Of a stretch of DNA of 64,000 bases, positions 49,003 through 62,039 are shown in pieces. Position 1 is the first letter of the stretch. The number at the start of each line of letters is the position of its first letter. Made by a program: the position numbers and the translations under genes. The notes beneath the pieces were generated by a model. It did not search any database, was not told the origin of the DNA, and worked only from the letters and a program-made list of their open reading frames with translations. Source of the DNA: Felis catus (taxonomy: Eukaryota); assembly GCF_018350175.1 (NCBI RefSeq), contig NC_058373.1:117182001-117246000 (forward strand), read 5' to 3'.

Positions 49003-49228
49003 TTTTTTTAAATTTTTTTTAAACGTTTATTTATTTTTGAGACAGAGAGAGACAGAGCATGAACAGGGGAGGGGCAGAGAGAGAGGGAACACAGAATCTG
49101 AAACAGGCTCTAGGCTCTGAGCTATCAGCACAGAGCCCGACGCGGGGCGGGGCTCGAACTCACGGACCGTGAGATCATGACCTGAGCTGAAGTCGGATGC
49201 TTAACCGACCAAGCCACCCAGGCGCCCC
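49003..49228 (-). mobile_element. Can-SINE
   Basis: TSD ttattttaatttct; internal 5-bp duplication gcggggcgggg. Confidence 0.95.
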
Positions 49229-49449
49229 TTATTTTAATTTCTAAATCAGATTTGTTGTATGAATCCTCTCTCTTTTTGGTGGACCTTTGGGTTTTATTCT
49301 CTTGGTCACCGCCACGGTTATTGTAAACAGTGCTGAGCAGACAGGCTTTACGTAGCACTTTATGCGTAAGTATTTTGTATGACTGTTGTACCTTGCAGTT
49401 ATGGAGAGGGGAGTTCTAGGTTTCACATTTTGTCTTTGACCAAAGAGCT

Positions 49450-49620
49450 TGTTCACTTATTCAATAAATATTGATTAGAAATCTAAAATGAGTCAGACAC
49501 TGAGCCAGGTTCTGGAAGAAAACAGAAATAATTCCTCCCTCCTCATGGTGTTTACAGTCGACTTGGGATGACAGACATTAACGAAGTAATTAAAGATACG
49601 TATGTACTATACAGATGCAT
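49450..49620 (-). mobile_element. L2 3' end
   Basis: ttcacttattcaataaatattg...cagacactgagccaggttctgg...cctcctcatggtgtttacagtc. Confidence 0.7.
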
Positions 49621-49931
49621 TCTAAAAATGTGGAACAATAAATTGTGTTGTATCCCATGAAAAAAGATGAACGTTATTGAGAGATGATGAGCCTTCATAT
49701 TTCCTGTATCGTAAATTACCAAAAGAATTTCCTGCCAGGACAAAGCTGCTCTCCTATTGAATATATGTGCTTCCTTTTATCTAATAATGGAAGCAATGTA
49801 AAGCAAGAGTTTCCTTTTGCTGCAGCTACCAGGAATCTCCCATCTAAATGTAGTGCCCAGCTGTAGTACCTGGCTCATCCCAGTGACTTGTACTATATTT
49901 ATATTTTGACTTTATGAATGAAAGGTTTTCT

Positions 49932-50080
49932 GGGGCAGTCGGTTATGTGTCTGACTCTTGGTTTTGGCTCAGGTCATGATCTCGTGGTTTGTGAGCTCGA
50001 GCCCCATGTCGGGCAGCAGTGTGGAGCCTGCTTGGGACTTCTTCCTCCCTCTCTTTCTGTACCCCCATCCCTGGCTCTCT

Positions 50081-50137
<57 letters not shown>

Positions 50138-50150
50138 ACGAATAAACATT
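49932..50150 (+). mobile_element. Can-SINE with (TAAA)n tail and 5' deletion
   Basis: TSD aaggttttct. Confidence 0.9.
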
Positions 50151-50460
50151 AAGGGAAGGTTTTCTTCTAATTTCATATGCCATCTCTTGCACACCAAATC
50201 ATTTTAGAAGTAGCTAAGGCATAAATCTTGGAGGCAAGACAACATATTGATAAGCTGTTGGTCACCCCGAGTTTAGCTTTTCAGAGATGAGCGGCCTTCC
50301 TTTTCTTGGGGTTTGTGTGTTGGTTTAGGGGTCTTGCTGTACTAATTTGATTTCATTATTTGAATTCACTATGAATTCTTCAGATTAATTTATTATCCAT
50401 CAAGAGGCAATTTATTCCCTAAATACTTCACTTAGATGATGATTCTTTTTAATCACCACC

Positions 50461-50502
50461 AACACACACACATACACGCACACACACACACACACACACA
50501 CA
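50461..50502. repeat. Imperfect (CA)n
   Basis: Direct observation. Confidence 0.9.
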
Positions 50503-51124
50503 GCTCCTTAGCAATTCCACTTCGCTCTACTGCTATCTTTAGGAACATTTGTCTTGCCTTAACTACTCTCCTTTTAAAGACATCTAGTTTCCTGTGACAC
50601 TGTTTACTTTCATTATGCCTTAATTATGGGATTCTGATAACCATGGAGGAGTAGAGAGACAATAAATAGGGTTTTGTGGGTGATTAAATGCTAAAGCAAA
50701 GCTGAGATGTTTGATAACCACAACAGTTGTTTCTGCAAGTATATTCCAAAGGCAGGAATATTATTGCTATTACACAACAATCAAGCAAAAAAAAAAAGGA
50801 AAGAAAGAAAGAAACAGAAAGAAAAATGCCTCCCACAAATCACTGTGCTCACTGCACTGTGCTTTTGAAAATCTAATGCTCTTTTATCTGATGTTTTTTC
50901 GATTGTCAGTCTGAGTAGTTGGCTCTTCATGGCAGACTACTATATAAAGGACGAGTTCTCAGTGCTGCAGTGTCAATTATCTAAATGAGTGGCTGAGGTG
51001 GGCAAAATGTACCTCATCAACCATGTGGACCATAGTATAGTCTGAAGAGAAATTATATTTGAGCAGGTAGCATTGAACTCAATTGTAGTTGTTTGGTTTT
51101 AATGAATAATTTAGCACTATCACA

Positions 51125-51620
51125 CAGAAATGCATTTGGCAGTAGGTGATAAAAGCTGAATCAATGGTGGTTTTAATAATTGGGGTATTTTTCTCACACA
51201 ACAAATCTAGCCAGAGGCAGTTTTTAGGCTTTGTTCAGCTGTTTGGCAATTCTGTCAGAAATCGTGATTATTTTGTGTTTTCCGCTCTGCTCTTCCTCAT
51301 GTGTTAGTATTCATCCTTATGCTTATTGCCTCATGGTGGCAAAATGGCTGCTGCTGGGACTGCAGACATCACGTGCACATTCTAGAAGGGAGACGTGAAG
51401 TGGTGTGCTAGCCACAGCTCTCTCCTTTTATCAGGACAGCAAAAGTTTCATCGGAACTCCCCAGCAGTCTTGCTCTTAATTCTAAATGGCTGTGATAGTG
51501 TCCAGTTTCAAGGATACCTCTGTAAGTTGGGTATTTAGCTGACACATAAGGTTTCAAACAAAGTGGAGGGCACTAACAAGGATCACAAGGGAATGGATGC
51601 TGATGGGGCAACGAATTGGC
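51125..51620. mobile_element. Old MaLR/ERVL LTR (MLT1K/L-like)
   Basis: gcctcatggtggcaaaatggctgctgc...cagacatcacgtgcacattc. Confidence 0.65.
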
Positions 51621-52174
51621 AATCATCAGTCTATCATATATGGCACACGAGAGTTTTGCTACTAAGCATCAGATATAAAAATGAATGCGCTTACCCTGAA
51701 CGTGGAAAACTATTACATTTTTAATGTCATGCCAGTTTCATAGTTAAACTGGAAAGATAGGAAATTCTGGTACACTGCCCATATCAACGTATATGATTGC
51801 TGACCTTACTACGTAAAGGATTTTGGTGGAGACTAGCTAATCTTGCTTTGTCTCTGAAGATTTTGCTTTTGTTTTTCTAGCCTAAAAAGTGAACCTTGAA
51901 GATAATTAAGAAAAATGCATCGACACATGACATGAGGCATGTTAAGTCTGTGTCTATTCCCAGAAAATGCATATTTTTATGCCTTGGTTGTCTTCAGGCG
52001 ATCACTAGGGAAAGGGAGTGCGATAATTAATAACTACGCTCAAATTTAAAAAAGCAATTGGGCCACATAGTTCAGTCTCATTTACCATGTTGTCACAGGT
52101 AGAAAACACTTAATTTCTGGTTTTCCTTTTTCTTCTGTTGACTTCTGTCTTCTGGTTCTACCTTGCTGTGCAAT

Positions 52175-52569
52175 AAGCCACCGTTCTGGGGGTTGGCTGC
52201 ACTCAGCTAGCTTGTCCTGCTGGGGGGGGGGGGTCTCATACTCTTGCTCTCAAATGGCAACTGGGGCTGGAGTCATCTGAACACTTGCGGAGATGGAAAC
52301 ATCCAAGATGGCTCATCACATGCCTAGCCGTTGATCTCAGCTTGGATTCTGACGTGTGGCCTCCCCATGTGGCGTGCACTTCTCCTAGGCTGGTGGCTGG
52401 GTTCTGAAGCTGAACATCCCGAGATACCAACACAGATACTGCAAGGCTTTTTTGATTTAGGCTGAGAAGTCCTGTAGCATCCACCTTCCACTGGCTATGC
52501 AGGACAGCCCAGACAAAGCGGGGCAGGAGGCATGGTCCCCGGGGGACCATCTGTGGAACAAATTGCCAC
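52175..52569 (-). mobile_element. Old MaLR LTR (MLT1H/I-like)
   Basis: ggggctggagtcatctgaa...catccaagatggctc...gtggcctccccatgtgg...gccaca. Confidence 0.75.
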
Positions 52570-53319
52570 AATCTCCTTCCTTTACTCCCCGTGGAGATTC
52601 AGGGGCCATCAGAAGCCAGTCAGGAAGAGAAGAAAAGGGTGAAAATGCTGCTCCACATAACAGGCAATGGACCCAGGATGCTAAAAGTTACTCCCCTAGT
52701 ACTCCTAGAGTACCCTTTTCATGGTGTTTTGAAACATGACAATGGTGGTTGTAAGTTGAAATCTTTAGCTTTGTAACTTTATAACTTTTAACTTTCCCCT
52801 TCTGAGCAAAATAGGTCAATATTAACTTAAAAAACTCCTTTTAACGCTAATAGTTGTAAAAACAAAATGCAAAACGTACGACAACCCTAAGCTCAAACCC
52901 AAACCAACCCTGAGCTGTGTTGTGCGATTTCTATTCTTTATATGTGAGCATCTCCTCTTGTATTAGAGGCCAAGCAGAGAATCATCTATCCCCAAATAAA
53001 TGAGGTCAGAGTTGATTTTATTGACAGCCTCACCCCCGTGCCCAGACTGCAGAGACCCAGTTAAATGCATCTGCATGTACCAAAGGCACTGCAAGTCATT
53101 CTCTTTACGTTGGCCTTTGGTGGTTTTTCATCTTTGCTGCCTTTTCCTGTGAATGAACGGCAACACTAGGGCAAGTTTTCAGAATCTTTAAGGATCTTCG
53201 GAGATTCCTGTCTTGCTGAGACACAGGAAGGCCGTAATTAGCAGACAGACCAAGAATGAAGAGGTGGAAAAGAGGGTGGGTATCTTTGCTGCTATAAACT
53301 ACTGGCTTTCACCATTCTA

Positions 53320-53600
53320 CGCCTTGGCCTGTGTTGCTGCTGCTACCTGGAACACCCCTCCTCCCCGTTGTCTGCCTGGCCGACGCCTACTCACCCCCAG
53401 ATGCGGCCCAGCTGGTGGCTTGCGCGTGACGGCACCTCAACTCCCTGGACACGGTGCTCCGCAGGCCTGCCATCTTGTCTCCTTAGAGTCAGCTCCGTCA
53501 CGGGACTGTGGCTTCTTATGGTCAGGGGCCACCTCTTGGCCTACCCCGCCAACCAAGCCACAGAGAGTGTTCAGAGGCTCAGAAAATGTTTGAAAGCAGA
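53320..53600 (+). mobile_element. L2 3' fragment
   Basis: gccttggcctgtgttgctgctgctacctggaacacccctcc...gctcagaaaatgtttg. Confidence 0.55.
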
Positions 53601-53824
53601 ATTTATTAGTCAACGCTACCAACATACAGCTCATTTTCATGGTAATATGTTAGGGGTGGCTTTTATGTTTCCCTGACCAAAACAGAAAACCCACTAAAAA
53701 CAACTGGACCATACAGACTTTCCAACATTAAGGGTGGGAGAAATGTTACAATAACCTGAGACAGCCGTGCTGCCACTCATTTTGCCTCTGTTACCCGGAG
53801 TGTACCTCTCTGTCTTCTCCACAG

Positions 53825-53969
53825 CCTCCCCCATCCTCCTGGTCTGGTTCAGGACCCCTGTCCCACAGCCCCGTGGTGCCTCCAGTGGGCGCCACACAAT
53901 TGGACAGCCATGTACAATGTAATGCTTGCTGGCCCTTCGCTTACATGTCTCTGGCCTCTTCAGTGAAAG
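53825..53969 (+). other. Candidate internal exon (145 nt) of an unidentified + strand gene
   Basis: Acceptor cctctctgtcttctccacag| and consensus donor AAG|GTAAGT; no repeat recognised. Confidence 0.4.
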
Positions 53970-54649
53970 GTAAGTTCTCACTCTTACTTTTTCTGTGTCC
54001 CCCGAAGATGGGTAAGTAGTGTGTATGCGGCAGGCCCTCACTGGAGCTGCCAGTGACTGTCTAGAGCCGACGCAGCGCGTGGGTATTTGCTGAGCACTAA
54101 CGCTCTTCGCACCCCCGTGTAGTGGGAATGCAGCGGGAACTGGTTCTCGGAAGGGACGGGGCTGGGGACCCTGGTTTAGGGACATGGTTTTTTTCTCCAA
54201 GCTTAAAGAGGACAGATTGTCAGAGTTTTGACTGACACAAAACAAGGCTTTTCGAGACCATCGAAATAGTTGCCAACATTTAATGGTCTGGAAACTACAT
54301 AAGAATATAGAGTTCTTGTTTCTCTTGAAAATTTGGAAGATTTGGTTAAATGGGACCTCGATTCCCAATCAGCGGTAAGTGCTTCTAAGTGGTGACTGCT
54401 CCGTTCAGACAGAAGAGGAGCTTCCTTTCTCTCATCCTGCGCTCTCTCTCCTTTCATTTGCTTTACCTTCTTGCTTCTTAGATAAACCATTCTAGAAAAT
54501 GCCTATTATATGTGCTGTTGTACTGCTGAATGCATACGAGCAGTTGCTGTATGGACTTCTTTCTTATCGTACACATTTGAAAAGATCTAGGACCTCTGCG
54601 CGTCCCTTAGAATTGCATGGTTTTTCATCAGTTGGCTTCTTTTACAACA

Positions 54650-54880
54650 ATCATTATCACTCCCCTTTTATCGAGCACTTACTATATACTAGTTACTGTT
54701 GCGAGCGTATATTAACTTGCCAAGCTCACAACAGCTCTCTGTGAGATTGGAGCTTTTATTGTCCTCATTTTACAGATCAACCTCTATCCTCATTTCTCAG
54801 ATGAGAAGCTGAGAGCTTAAGTACCAGGTTCACCCGGCGGGGAGGTGGGCTAACCAGCCTTTGAACTGAGGCACAGGCAA
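54650..54880 (-). mobile_element. MIR with internal duplication
   Basis: tttatcgagcacttactat...ctcacaacagc...tcctcattttacagat followed by tcctcatttctcagatgag. Confidence 0.75.
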
Positions 54881-55286
54881 AGGGAGTTACATACCTTTAA
54901 GGTTGATTTCCAGGACAGTGATATGATCTTCTTTAAATGGCTGCTTTGTGTTCAGTTACATGTGCTCTCAGATACAGACACCTAGTTTTGTTCCTGTTGC
55001 TTGTTCACAGTGCTAGTTCATGACGAAAGTGGAAGAACATACAGATGAGTCTGCTGAGGTCAAATCTGTCTTGTTGTTAAACAACAGTCTGCTCTGAAGA
55101 AAGTTACACCATAGGGTCGGGGGAAGTCCTGATATTTAAAGTATTCAATCTAATTGACCCTCAGAAGCCACTACCTTTTCTTTTTTTTTTTTTTTTTTTT
55201 TTTGCATGAATTTAAAAGAGGAATTGGTGGTGAAATACTTGTAGAGTGGTGGATTGAGTTATATCTTTAGTCTTGATTGTGTCTTT

Positions 55287-55400
55287 TTTTTTTTTAAGTT
55301 TATTTATTTTGAGAGAGTGAGAGTGCATGCATGGAACAGACAAAAAGAGAGGGGGGTGGAGAGAGAGAGAGAGACAGAGAGACAAGAGACAGAGAGAGAC

Positions 55401-55451
<51 letters not shown>

Positions 55452-55574
55452 CAAGCAGGCTCCATGCTGTTAGCACAGAGCCAGATGCAGGGGTCAATCT
55501 CATGAACCATGAGATCATGACCTGAGCTGAGATCAAGAGTCAGATGCTTAACTGACTGAGCTACCCAGATGCCC
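55287..55574 (-). mobile_element. Can-SINE with expanded (GA)n
   Basis: TSD ttgattgtgtcttt. Confidence 0.95.
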
Positions 55575-55880
55575 TTTGATTGTGTCTTTGAATCTTGTCT
55601 CTGAAGCCACCTACTTGTAGGACAGAGTCCCCAGATGCTAGTGATTCTAGTTCTTGATTGTTCTTCCCTTTCCTCTTGTCCAGTTTCTCCTACTTCCTTT
55701 GCTCCCTTTCTTTCTCTTCTCCTCCTTTCCCCTCTTCTTTTCTCTTTTCCCTCCCTTTTGCGTCTCTGCCCAGATCTTTGAGCGCTAATGCTACAAGAGA
55801 GAATATAGTCGTTTCTTCTCTCAGGAGACTGAGTTGTTTAGTGGAGGCAGGTAGACATGTTTAAAAAAAATCACTTTTTA

Positions 55881-56113
55881 TTTATTTTTTATGTTTTTAA
55901 TTTATTTTTTAATGTTTATTTATTTTTGAGAGAGACAGAGACAGAATGTGAGTGGGTTAGGGGCAGAGAGAGAAGGAGACACAGAAGCAGAAGCAGGCTC
56001 CAGGCTCTGAGCTGTCAGCACAGAGCCCAACGTGGGGCTTGAACTCAGAAGCTGTGAAATCATGACCTGAGCCGAACTCAGACCCTCAACCAACTGAGCC
56101 ACCCAGACGCCCC
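55881..56113 (-). mobile_element. Can-SINE
   Basis: TSD aaaatcacttttta. Confidence 0.95.
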
Positions 56114-56689
56114 AAAAATCACTTTTTAAAAACTTGACATTGTAGTGCACAACATCATTTTTCATCAACAATATGCTCAAAAACACAAGCAGAACAAATG
56201 ATTCCTAATGCTGGCAGAACTGTAATCAAATGGGTCCTCTTGTACATTATTAGTCTTAGAAAATATTTTAGCATTAGGGAGGTATACGATTTTCATATGA
56301 TCCAATGTACAAATCAAACTATTGTGAACTTCAAAGACGTTTGCACTTAAAACACATTAGTGCATTGGGTTGTAGGCGTATTTTAGCAACCCATCCCTGA
56401 GAAAGTTCCCTGAAGAGAAAAGGAGACCCCGAGGAACACCTAAGGGACAACTTTTTCAGGGGGTCCCGGACCAAGGCAAGAAGTTCAGGGTGTCTGTGGA
56501 CAATCAGTGTTCATAAAGGACAGATTGTCCACAGGTGGTGCTGTAGACAGCCGGGCAACAAGAGTGGGAGGAATGAGGGAGGAGGTGTGTAACTGAGAGT
56601 AGACAGAATGAGCTGCTTGGAAAATGGCTGAGATGCAAATAGCTTCTTACGCACAAGAAACATCTATATTCTTGTCAAACATGATCAGA

Positions 56690-57130
56690 TAATACATGTC
56701 TAAAGCCATCACAGTGCCCCTTTCTCTTGAGCTAGCAATGCGATTCCTGGGAATCTAATTTTAGGAAATATTTCAAAATATGGAAAAATCCATATGCATG
56801 GAAATTATTCATTTTAGTTCTACTTATAATAGCCAGAAATGGGGATGCTCTGCATGTCCCGCGGGAGAGCTATACTTAAGTAAATTAAAAGCATTTCCTT
56901 GGTGGAAAGTTACACAGCAATTAAATGATGATCTTGGGAGACGGTGAAGTAATTTGAAAAATGCTCAAATGATTGAAAAGTATAGTAACAATTGTACCCT
57001 TGAAACTACATGCATATGTGAACCAAAACCACATAAAAAGGCAAAAGGGAGAAAAAGACGGACAGGAAATACAGCTGAATGTTTGTAATGCGTTGGATGT
57101 GAGATTATGGATGTAAAGTGATTATTATCA
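56690..57130 (+). mobile_element. L1ME-like ORF2 end / 3'UTR
   Basis: ttgagctagcaatgcgattcctgggaatcta...ttataatagccagaaatggg. Confidence 0.7.
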
Positions 57131-57719
57131 TACCAAGCCCGATTGTATGATGAATTTGAAATCTCCTTAACCACAAAAATGACATAAATACAAACACCGA
57201 ACAGGAACACTGTGGTAAGTGCATGATAGATGCGGACGCAGAAGCCTCAGCATGTTGTGTGAGCAGAGTTAATGGACGTTTTATCTGGGAGATAATGTTA
57301 TAGTTGAGTCAGTGAGGTGTGTAGCTTGAATCAAGGGCCCAGGAGATGAATACAAAAGGGCTGCAGACATGGCCAAAGGACAGACACCGGTGGCCTACCG
57401 AATTGGGAGCGTGAGCTTTGCCGTGGTATTTGTGTCCCGTATCTGAATCCCATCCTGTCACGGCTGGTTTGCCAAGGGAGCTACTGCTTTTTTCCTTTCT
57501 TTGGAGGCCCTTTCTTCCATTTCATTAAGGTTTAGTAGGTCTGGGGTTGCTCTCCATGGGAGCTGTTGATGCCCTAGTGAAAGGTGAGCCAGATGCATTA
57601 AGACTGCTCTGCCCATTGGTCTTGTGAGGACCCCTCACTTTTCCCTTTGGCTCCGGCTAGGATTCACTGTCTTTGGACTCATTAGTTTTTTATGGAAGCG
57701 GTGGTAGGGATCATCATTG

Positions 57720-57880
57720 TAGTAGTCACGGATACCTTTGTTGAGCGCTTACAGTGTCAGATGTTCTGGTAAGTACTTTCAAACTTGAGGAGGAGACATT
57801 ACTCTTCCCATTTTATAGATGAATGCATGGAGGCTTAGATACATGAAGTAATTTATTCAAGCTTATACAACTTGAGTATA
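57720..57880 (-). mobile_element. MIR
   Basis: tttgttgagcgcttac...cccattttatagatga...gaggcttaga. Confidence 0.7.
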
Positions 57881-58461
57881 CAGAAATACCGTTAACTTTT
57901 AAAAACTTGTTTATTATTTACAAAATAACTTCATTGGCTGAAAGTTGGCAATCTCATGTCAGTCCCCCAATCGCTGTATTTTCCCCCTGGAAGTTTCCTT
58001 GTTCACGAAGTCACAAATCTAGGAAACCCTGAACTAAAACCTCAGGGCCCCTGGTTTGACAGTGGAACAGGACATTTAAAATTGGAACTATTCTAGAAAA
58101 TCTAGACTACAAGATCGCCGTAAGTTTCAGAAGAAGAGCCAAAGATTTGGCTTGCTGCTCCGAGTTGCACACTGTGTACAAAATATCTTCAGAATTTGAT
58201 AGCTTCATTAGTTAAGACTTAGGAAAGAGCCCTTTCTTAGCGCTTGTACGATCTTCCTTGCGTGTCTGTGAGTGAGGCCCATTCACAACTGCATGACAGT
58301 GGTCCCAGTGCTACCCTTTCCTACTAGAAATCATCTTTAAGCACATCTCCAAACTGTAATATGAGCATATGTGAGTGTCAAATGTGGCATGCTCTGTATT
58401 TAAGTAGAACTTTGGAAGAAAAGCCAAAAAACCTTAACACTCTGAAATTATTCAAAAAGAA

Positions 58462-58664
58462 TTTTTAAAGTTTATTTATTTTGAGAGAGACAGAGAGAGC
58501 AAGAGTGGGAGGGGCAAAGAGAGAGGGAAAGAGAGAATCCCACGCAGGCTCCGCACTGTCAGCACAGAGTCCAATGCGGGGCTGGAACCCATGAACCATG
58601 AGATCATGATCTGAACCGACATCAAGAGTCTGACGCTTAACCAACTGAGCCACCCAGGTGCCCC
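58462..58664 (-). mobile_element. Can-SINE
   Basis: Antisense SINE body. Confidence 0.93.
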
Positions 58665-59049
58665 TGAAATGATTTTTAAACGAATAGTTTTCCTGTCTTA
58701 TCGATGCGACTATATCCCTTTTGTGCAATTTTAGTGACGTTCTTGAAAACACAGAAGGAAAGCAACATGTTTCATCGTGTCTCCTTTCCCCCCGCCCCCC
58801 GGTAGTAGCTATCATCAAGCTAACTTCTAGCTCTTTCTTGCTTTCTTGAATTTATATATTTCTGTATATACAACAATTTAGGGAGAATAATAGTAGAGAA
58901 CAACTTTTCCCTTAAATAAAAAATTACAAAATAGAAAAATGATAGAAAAATCAGAATTACATCGTGCCCATCAAGGGGGGAAAGAAAATCAAAGTGTGAT
59001 TTTTTTTCTTTTTTAGATTGAACTAAATAGGCCTGGGTTTGTTTGCATC

Positions 59050-59242
59050 GTGGACATAGTATTCTTAACAAGGTACTAGAAGCTTGCAAGGCCACTTGAA
59101 GCCTAGACTCAGAAATTGTACATCCTCGCTTCCACCGTATTCCATTGGTGAAAGCAAGTCATTAAGACCAGCAGATTCAAAAGGTGGAGAAACAGATTCT
59201 ACGTCTGAGTGAAGGACAGTGGCCTTTTTCATAGTCTACCAA
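59050..59242 (-). mobile_element. Old MLT1 LTR fragment
   Basis: cctagactcagaaattgtaca...cttccaccgtattccattggtgaaagcaagtc...cagattcaa. Confidence 0.7.
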
Positions 59243-59257
59243 AGCCATGACTTTGTC

Positions 59258-59340
59258 GTAGGTTATTAACAGAGTTAAATGAGTTAATGTAAGTAAAGTG
59301 CTTGGAAAAATACCTGACATATAGTAATTACTATTTTGTT
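59258..59340 (+). mobile_element. MIR 3' part
   Basis: ttaaatgagttaatgtaagtaaagtgcttggaa...cctgacatatagtaa. Confidence 0.7.
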
Positions 59341-60242
59341 ATGATGATGACTATTATTTCTAGATGTTTCCCCAGGAGCTTATTAAATGTCTTTTAATCT
59401 TTTGTTTAGTTTTTTAAAATGATGTGGGAGGAATAGCAGTGACTTTTGAGGCCCTGAGAATGCTACTTACGGGCTGATGTCCTCTGCCATCTAAAACAAG
59501 GGTGTGTGAGGTGATAGAGACCTTTCTTTGGCCTCTCAGAGGCCCCTCGAGGTGGTGCTGTTGGGGATCCCCAGGATCCTGTGTTTTCATGCTTTTTTCC
59601 TTTCTTCTGTCAAAATTAATGCCCATCCTTTATTTTTACCATTGTAGTGTTTACTAAATGTGAGAGATGTGTCCCTTTACAGGAGAGCTGTCTTGTGAGT
59701 ATGGGTGTGGTGTGACCTTTTTATTATAATGTTACTTGACTATTTGCGAATAACCAAAGCCATGGATAGACTAATTGTGCTTGCCTGTAGCCTTTATGCA
59801 TCTATAAAATTAAAAAAAAATTAAAAATTACATTTTAGCAGAACAGATTTAAAAATTAAAGGCAAGAAAACGTTGGGGATTTCAAACTAACGGCCTTGAC
59901 CTAACATGACAGATGATGTTATTTTTACTAAAATGACATCCTGGCTCCAAACCACCATGGCCTTTGACGCCTTCATTTTCCCACAGTTTCCTCTGCGAAG
60001 ATGACTGTAAGCCCTTCCATTTCACAGTGTGCTGTGACATTACTCCTCCTTTGTTTGGCAAGAAAGCACCAAGACATCAATTGCACCTCCGTCCACCTCT
60101 CTTTGGCCTGCGGTAATTAGCGTGGCACTCCTTGGTGTGTGCCGACTTGATTATAAACACAAATATGAAGGCTGAAGTCATCTAGCACTGCTTGATTATA
60201 AGATGGTTATATAATTTAGTGCCTGTAAAATTTTCGTGTGCA

Positions 60243-60462
60243 GGGGCGCCTGGGTGGCTCAGTCGGTCAGGTGTCTGACTTCGGCTCAGGTCATGATCTC
60301 ACGGTCTGTGAGCTAGAGCCCCGTGTTGAGTTCTGTGCTGACAGCTCGGAGCCTGGAGCCTGCTTCGGATTCTGTGTCTCCCTCTCTCTCTGTCCCTCCC
60401 CCGCTCGTACTCTGTCTCTGTCCCACAAACATGAATAAACATTAAAAAAATTTTTTTTTTTA
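60243..60462 (+). mobile_element. Can-SINE inserted in a MER5 element
   Basis: Full SINE body. Confidence 0.95.
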
Positions 60463-60464
60463 AT

Positions 60465-60597
60465 TTTAGCGTGCCCATGAATCACCTGAGGATCTTGGTA
60501 AAATGCAGACGGGGATGGGGCCTGAGATTCTGCATTTCAAATAGATTTTCAGGTTTATGTTCATGCTGTTGACCCAAGGACTGCTTTGAGTGCAAGG
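60465..60597. mobile_element. MER5A-like DNA transposon
   Basis: gaatcacctgaggatcttggtaaaatgcaga...ggggcctgagattctgcatttc. Confidence 0.8.
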
Positions 60598-61039
60598 ATC
60601 TGATTGTGCCTCTATGAATACTCTTAGATTATTATTTCAGCTAAATACGCAAACGTTGGTCAGTAGAAAATACACATGTCGGTGGATATGTTCATGGTTC
60701 CCAGTGTCAGAATAACCACTAAAACATAAAAGGCAGCTAGGTTATTAGAGTATTATAGAGGCCCTGTAGGAATCAGATCCTGACACTAGGTGTGAAGCTG
60801 CACGTACTGAATGTCAGGCATCACCAGTAATATATGAGGAATGACGATTGGATGAAGTCCTCTCTGGACTTTCCAGATATAACTCGCAGATGACTCCTCT
60901 GCCAGCGGGACAGGCCAACTGAGGTTTTGCCTCTAATAAATCACATCTCTCCCTTTTTACCCAGGCAAAAATTTTTTGTACCTTATTCACCACTTACATT
61001 TTTCCTGGTCTTAGAGTTAACAAGAGCTCCCTTTTTCAA

Positions 61040-61125
61040 TTTTAATGTCCTGAGGGCAAGGATTATGTTCTATTCGTTTTTGTACTTTCACACAGTGGGC
61101 ATATAAACAGTTGTGGAACTGAATT
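61040..61125 (+). mobile_element. L2 3' end fragment
   Basis: tcctgagggcaaggattatgttctattcgtttttgta. Confidence 0.55.
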
Positions 61126-61915
61126 TATTAGCTAGATAAATCTTGTGAGTGCCCTTTGCTATTTGCATAACTAAGGTTTGATTTTCTTAAAATTCTAGGA
61201 GTTTTGCCCTCTTTCATATTTCAGGACACATTACTTTATTTACTACTTTTTTTTTTCTTTTTTCTTTCTAGGAAATATTCCCCAAACTTGACTGACTGAA
61301 GCTCAGTCTCTGATATTTGAACTCACACCACATTTTTATTCTTGGCTCTGAGATGCCCTTTGCTTTTTATTTTGTTCTGAGGATACTCTTTGAGAAGATA
61401 AGAAATGCTTGTAGATATTTAGTGGGTAATTTGTGGGACCAGATTTATCTTTTCTAAACAGTCCCACAGTAGTCTTCTGGAGAGGCAGTAGGGTGAATTT
61501 GTCTTCAATTAAAGAAAAGTCAAGATTGTAGAGAGATACCGAGGCATTGGCTTTGTGCATAAAATATCTTTTCTATGGGGAAAAACAAAACAGTGCCCAA
61601 CTTTATCAATAGACCATTATAAGTTGTCTTTGACATGGGCTCCCAGTACATTCCAGTTCCTCTTTTGGCTTGAGAAGCTGTCAGATAATGATTGGGACAA
61701 AAAGCTCTAGAGGTCACGGTGGGATACCTAGCAAACATAGGGATACTTTGTATAGCACATCATTGAACCAGGTAGATAGCAGGTAGAGAGAGACCAGGGA
61801 GATAGCATATGAGTGGTAAGGCAATCTTCCCATGGTTTGATATGATTTTTTTTCTAGTTGTTTGTCTGTGCCTATCTTTCCACCCACCCATCTATCTAGC
61901 CTGCCTGCCTGCTGC

Positions 61916-61960
61916 CCATCTATCCATCCATCCATCCATCCATCCATCCATCCATCCATC
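61916..61960. repeat. (CCAT)n tetranucleotide repeat
   Basis: Direct observation. Confidence 0.95.
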
Positions 61961-62039
61961 CTCTTATTGAAGAATAAGACACACACTCAAAACAAAAACA
62001 AACAAAAAAACCCCCAGACAATGCAAGGATAGCTTACTG

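Noticed and set aside
53694..54368. Longest ORF in the track (224 aa, minus strand)
   Set aside because: No recognisable domain, non-ATG start, and it lies in a GC-rich patch where stops are rare; the splice signals there are on the opposite strand
61240..61431. Poly(T) acceptor ending at 61271
   Set aside because: T-rich tracts are common here, the donor is weak and there is no other support
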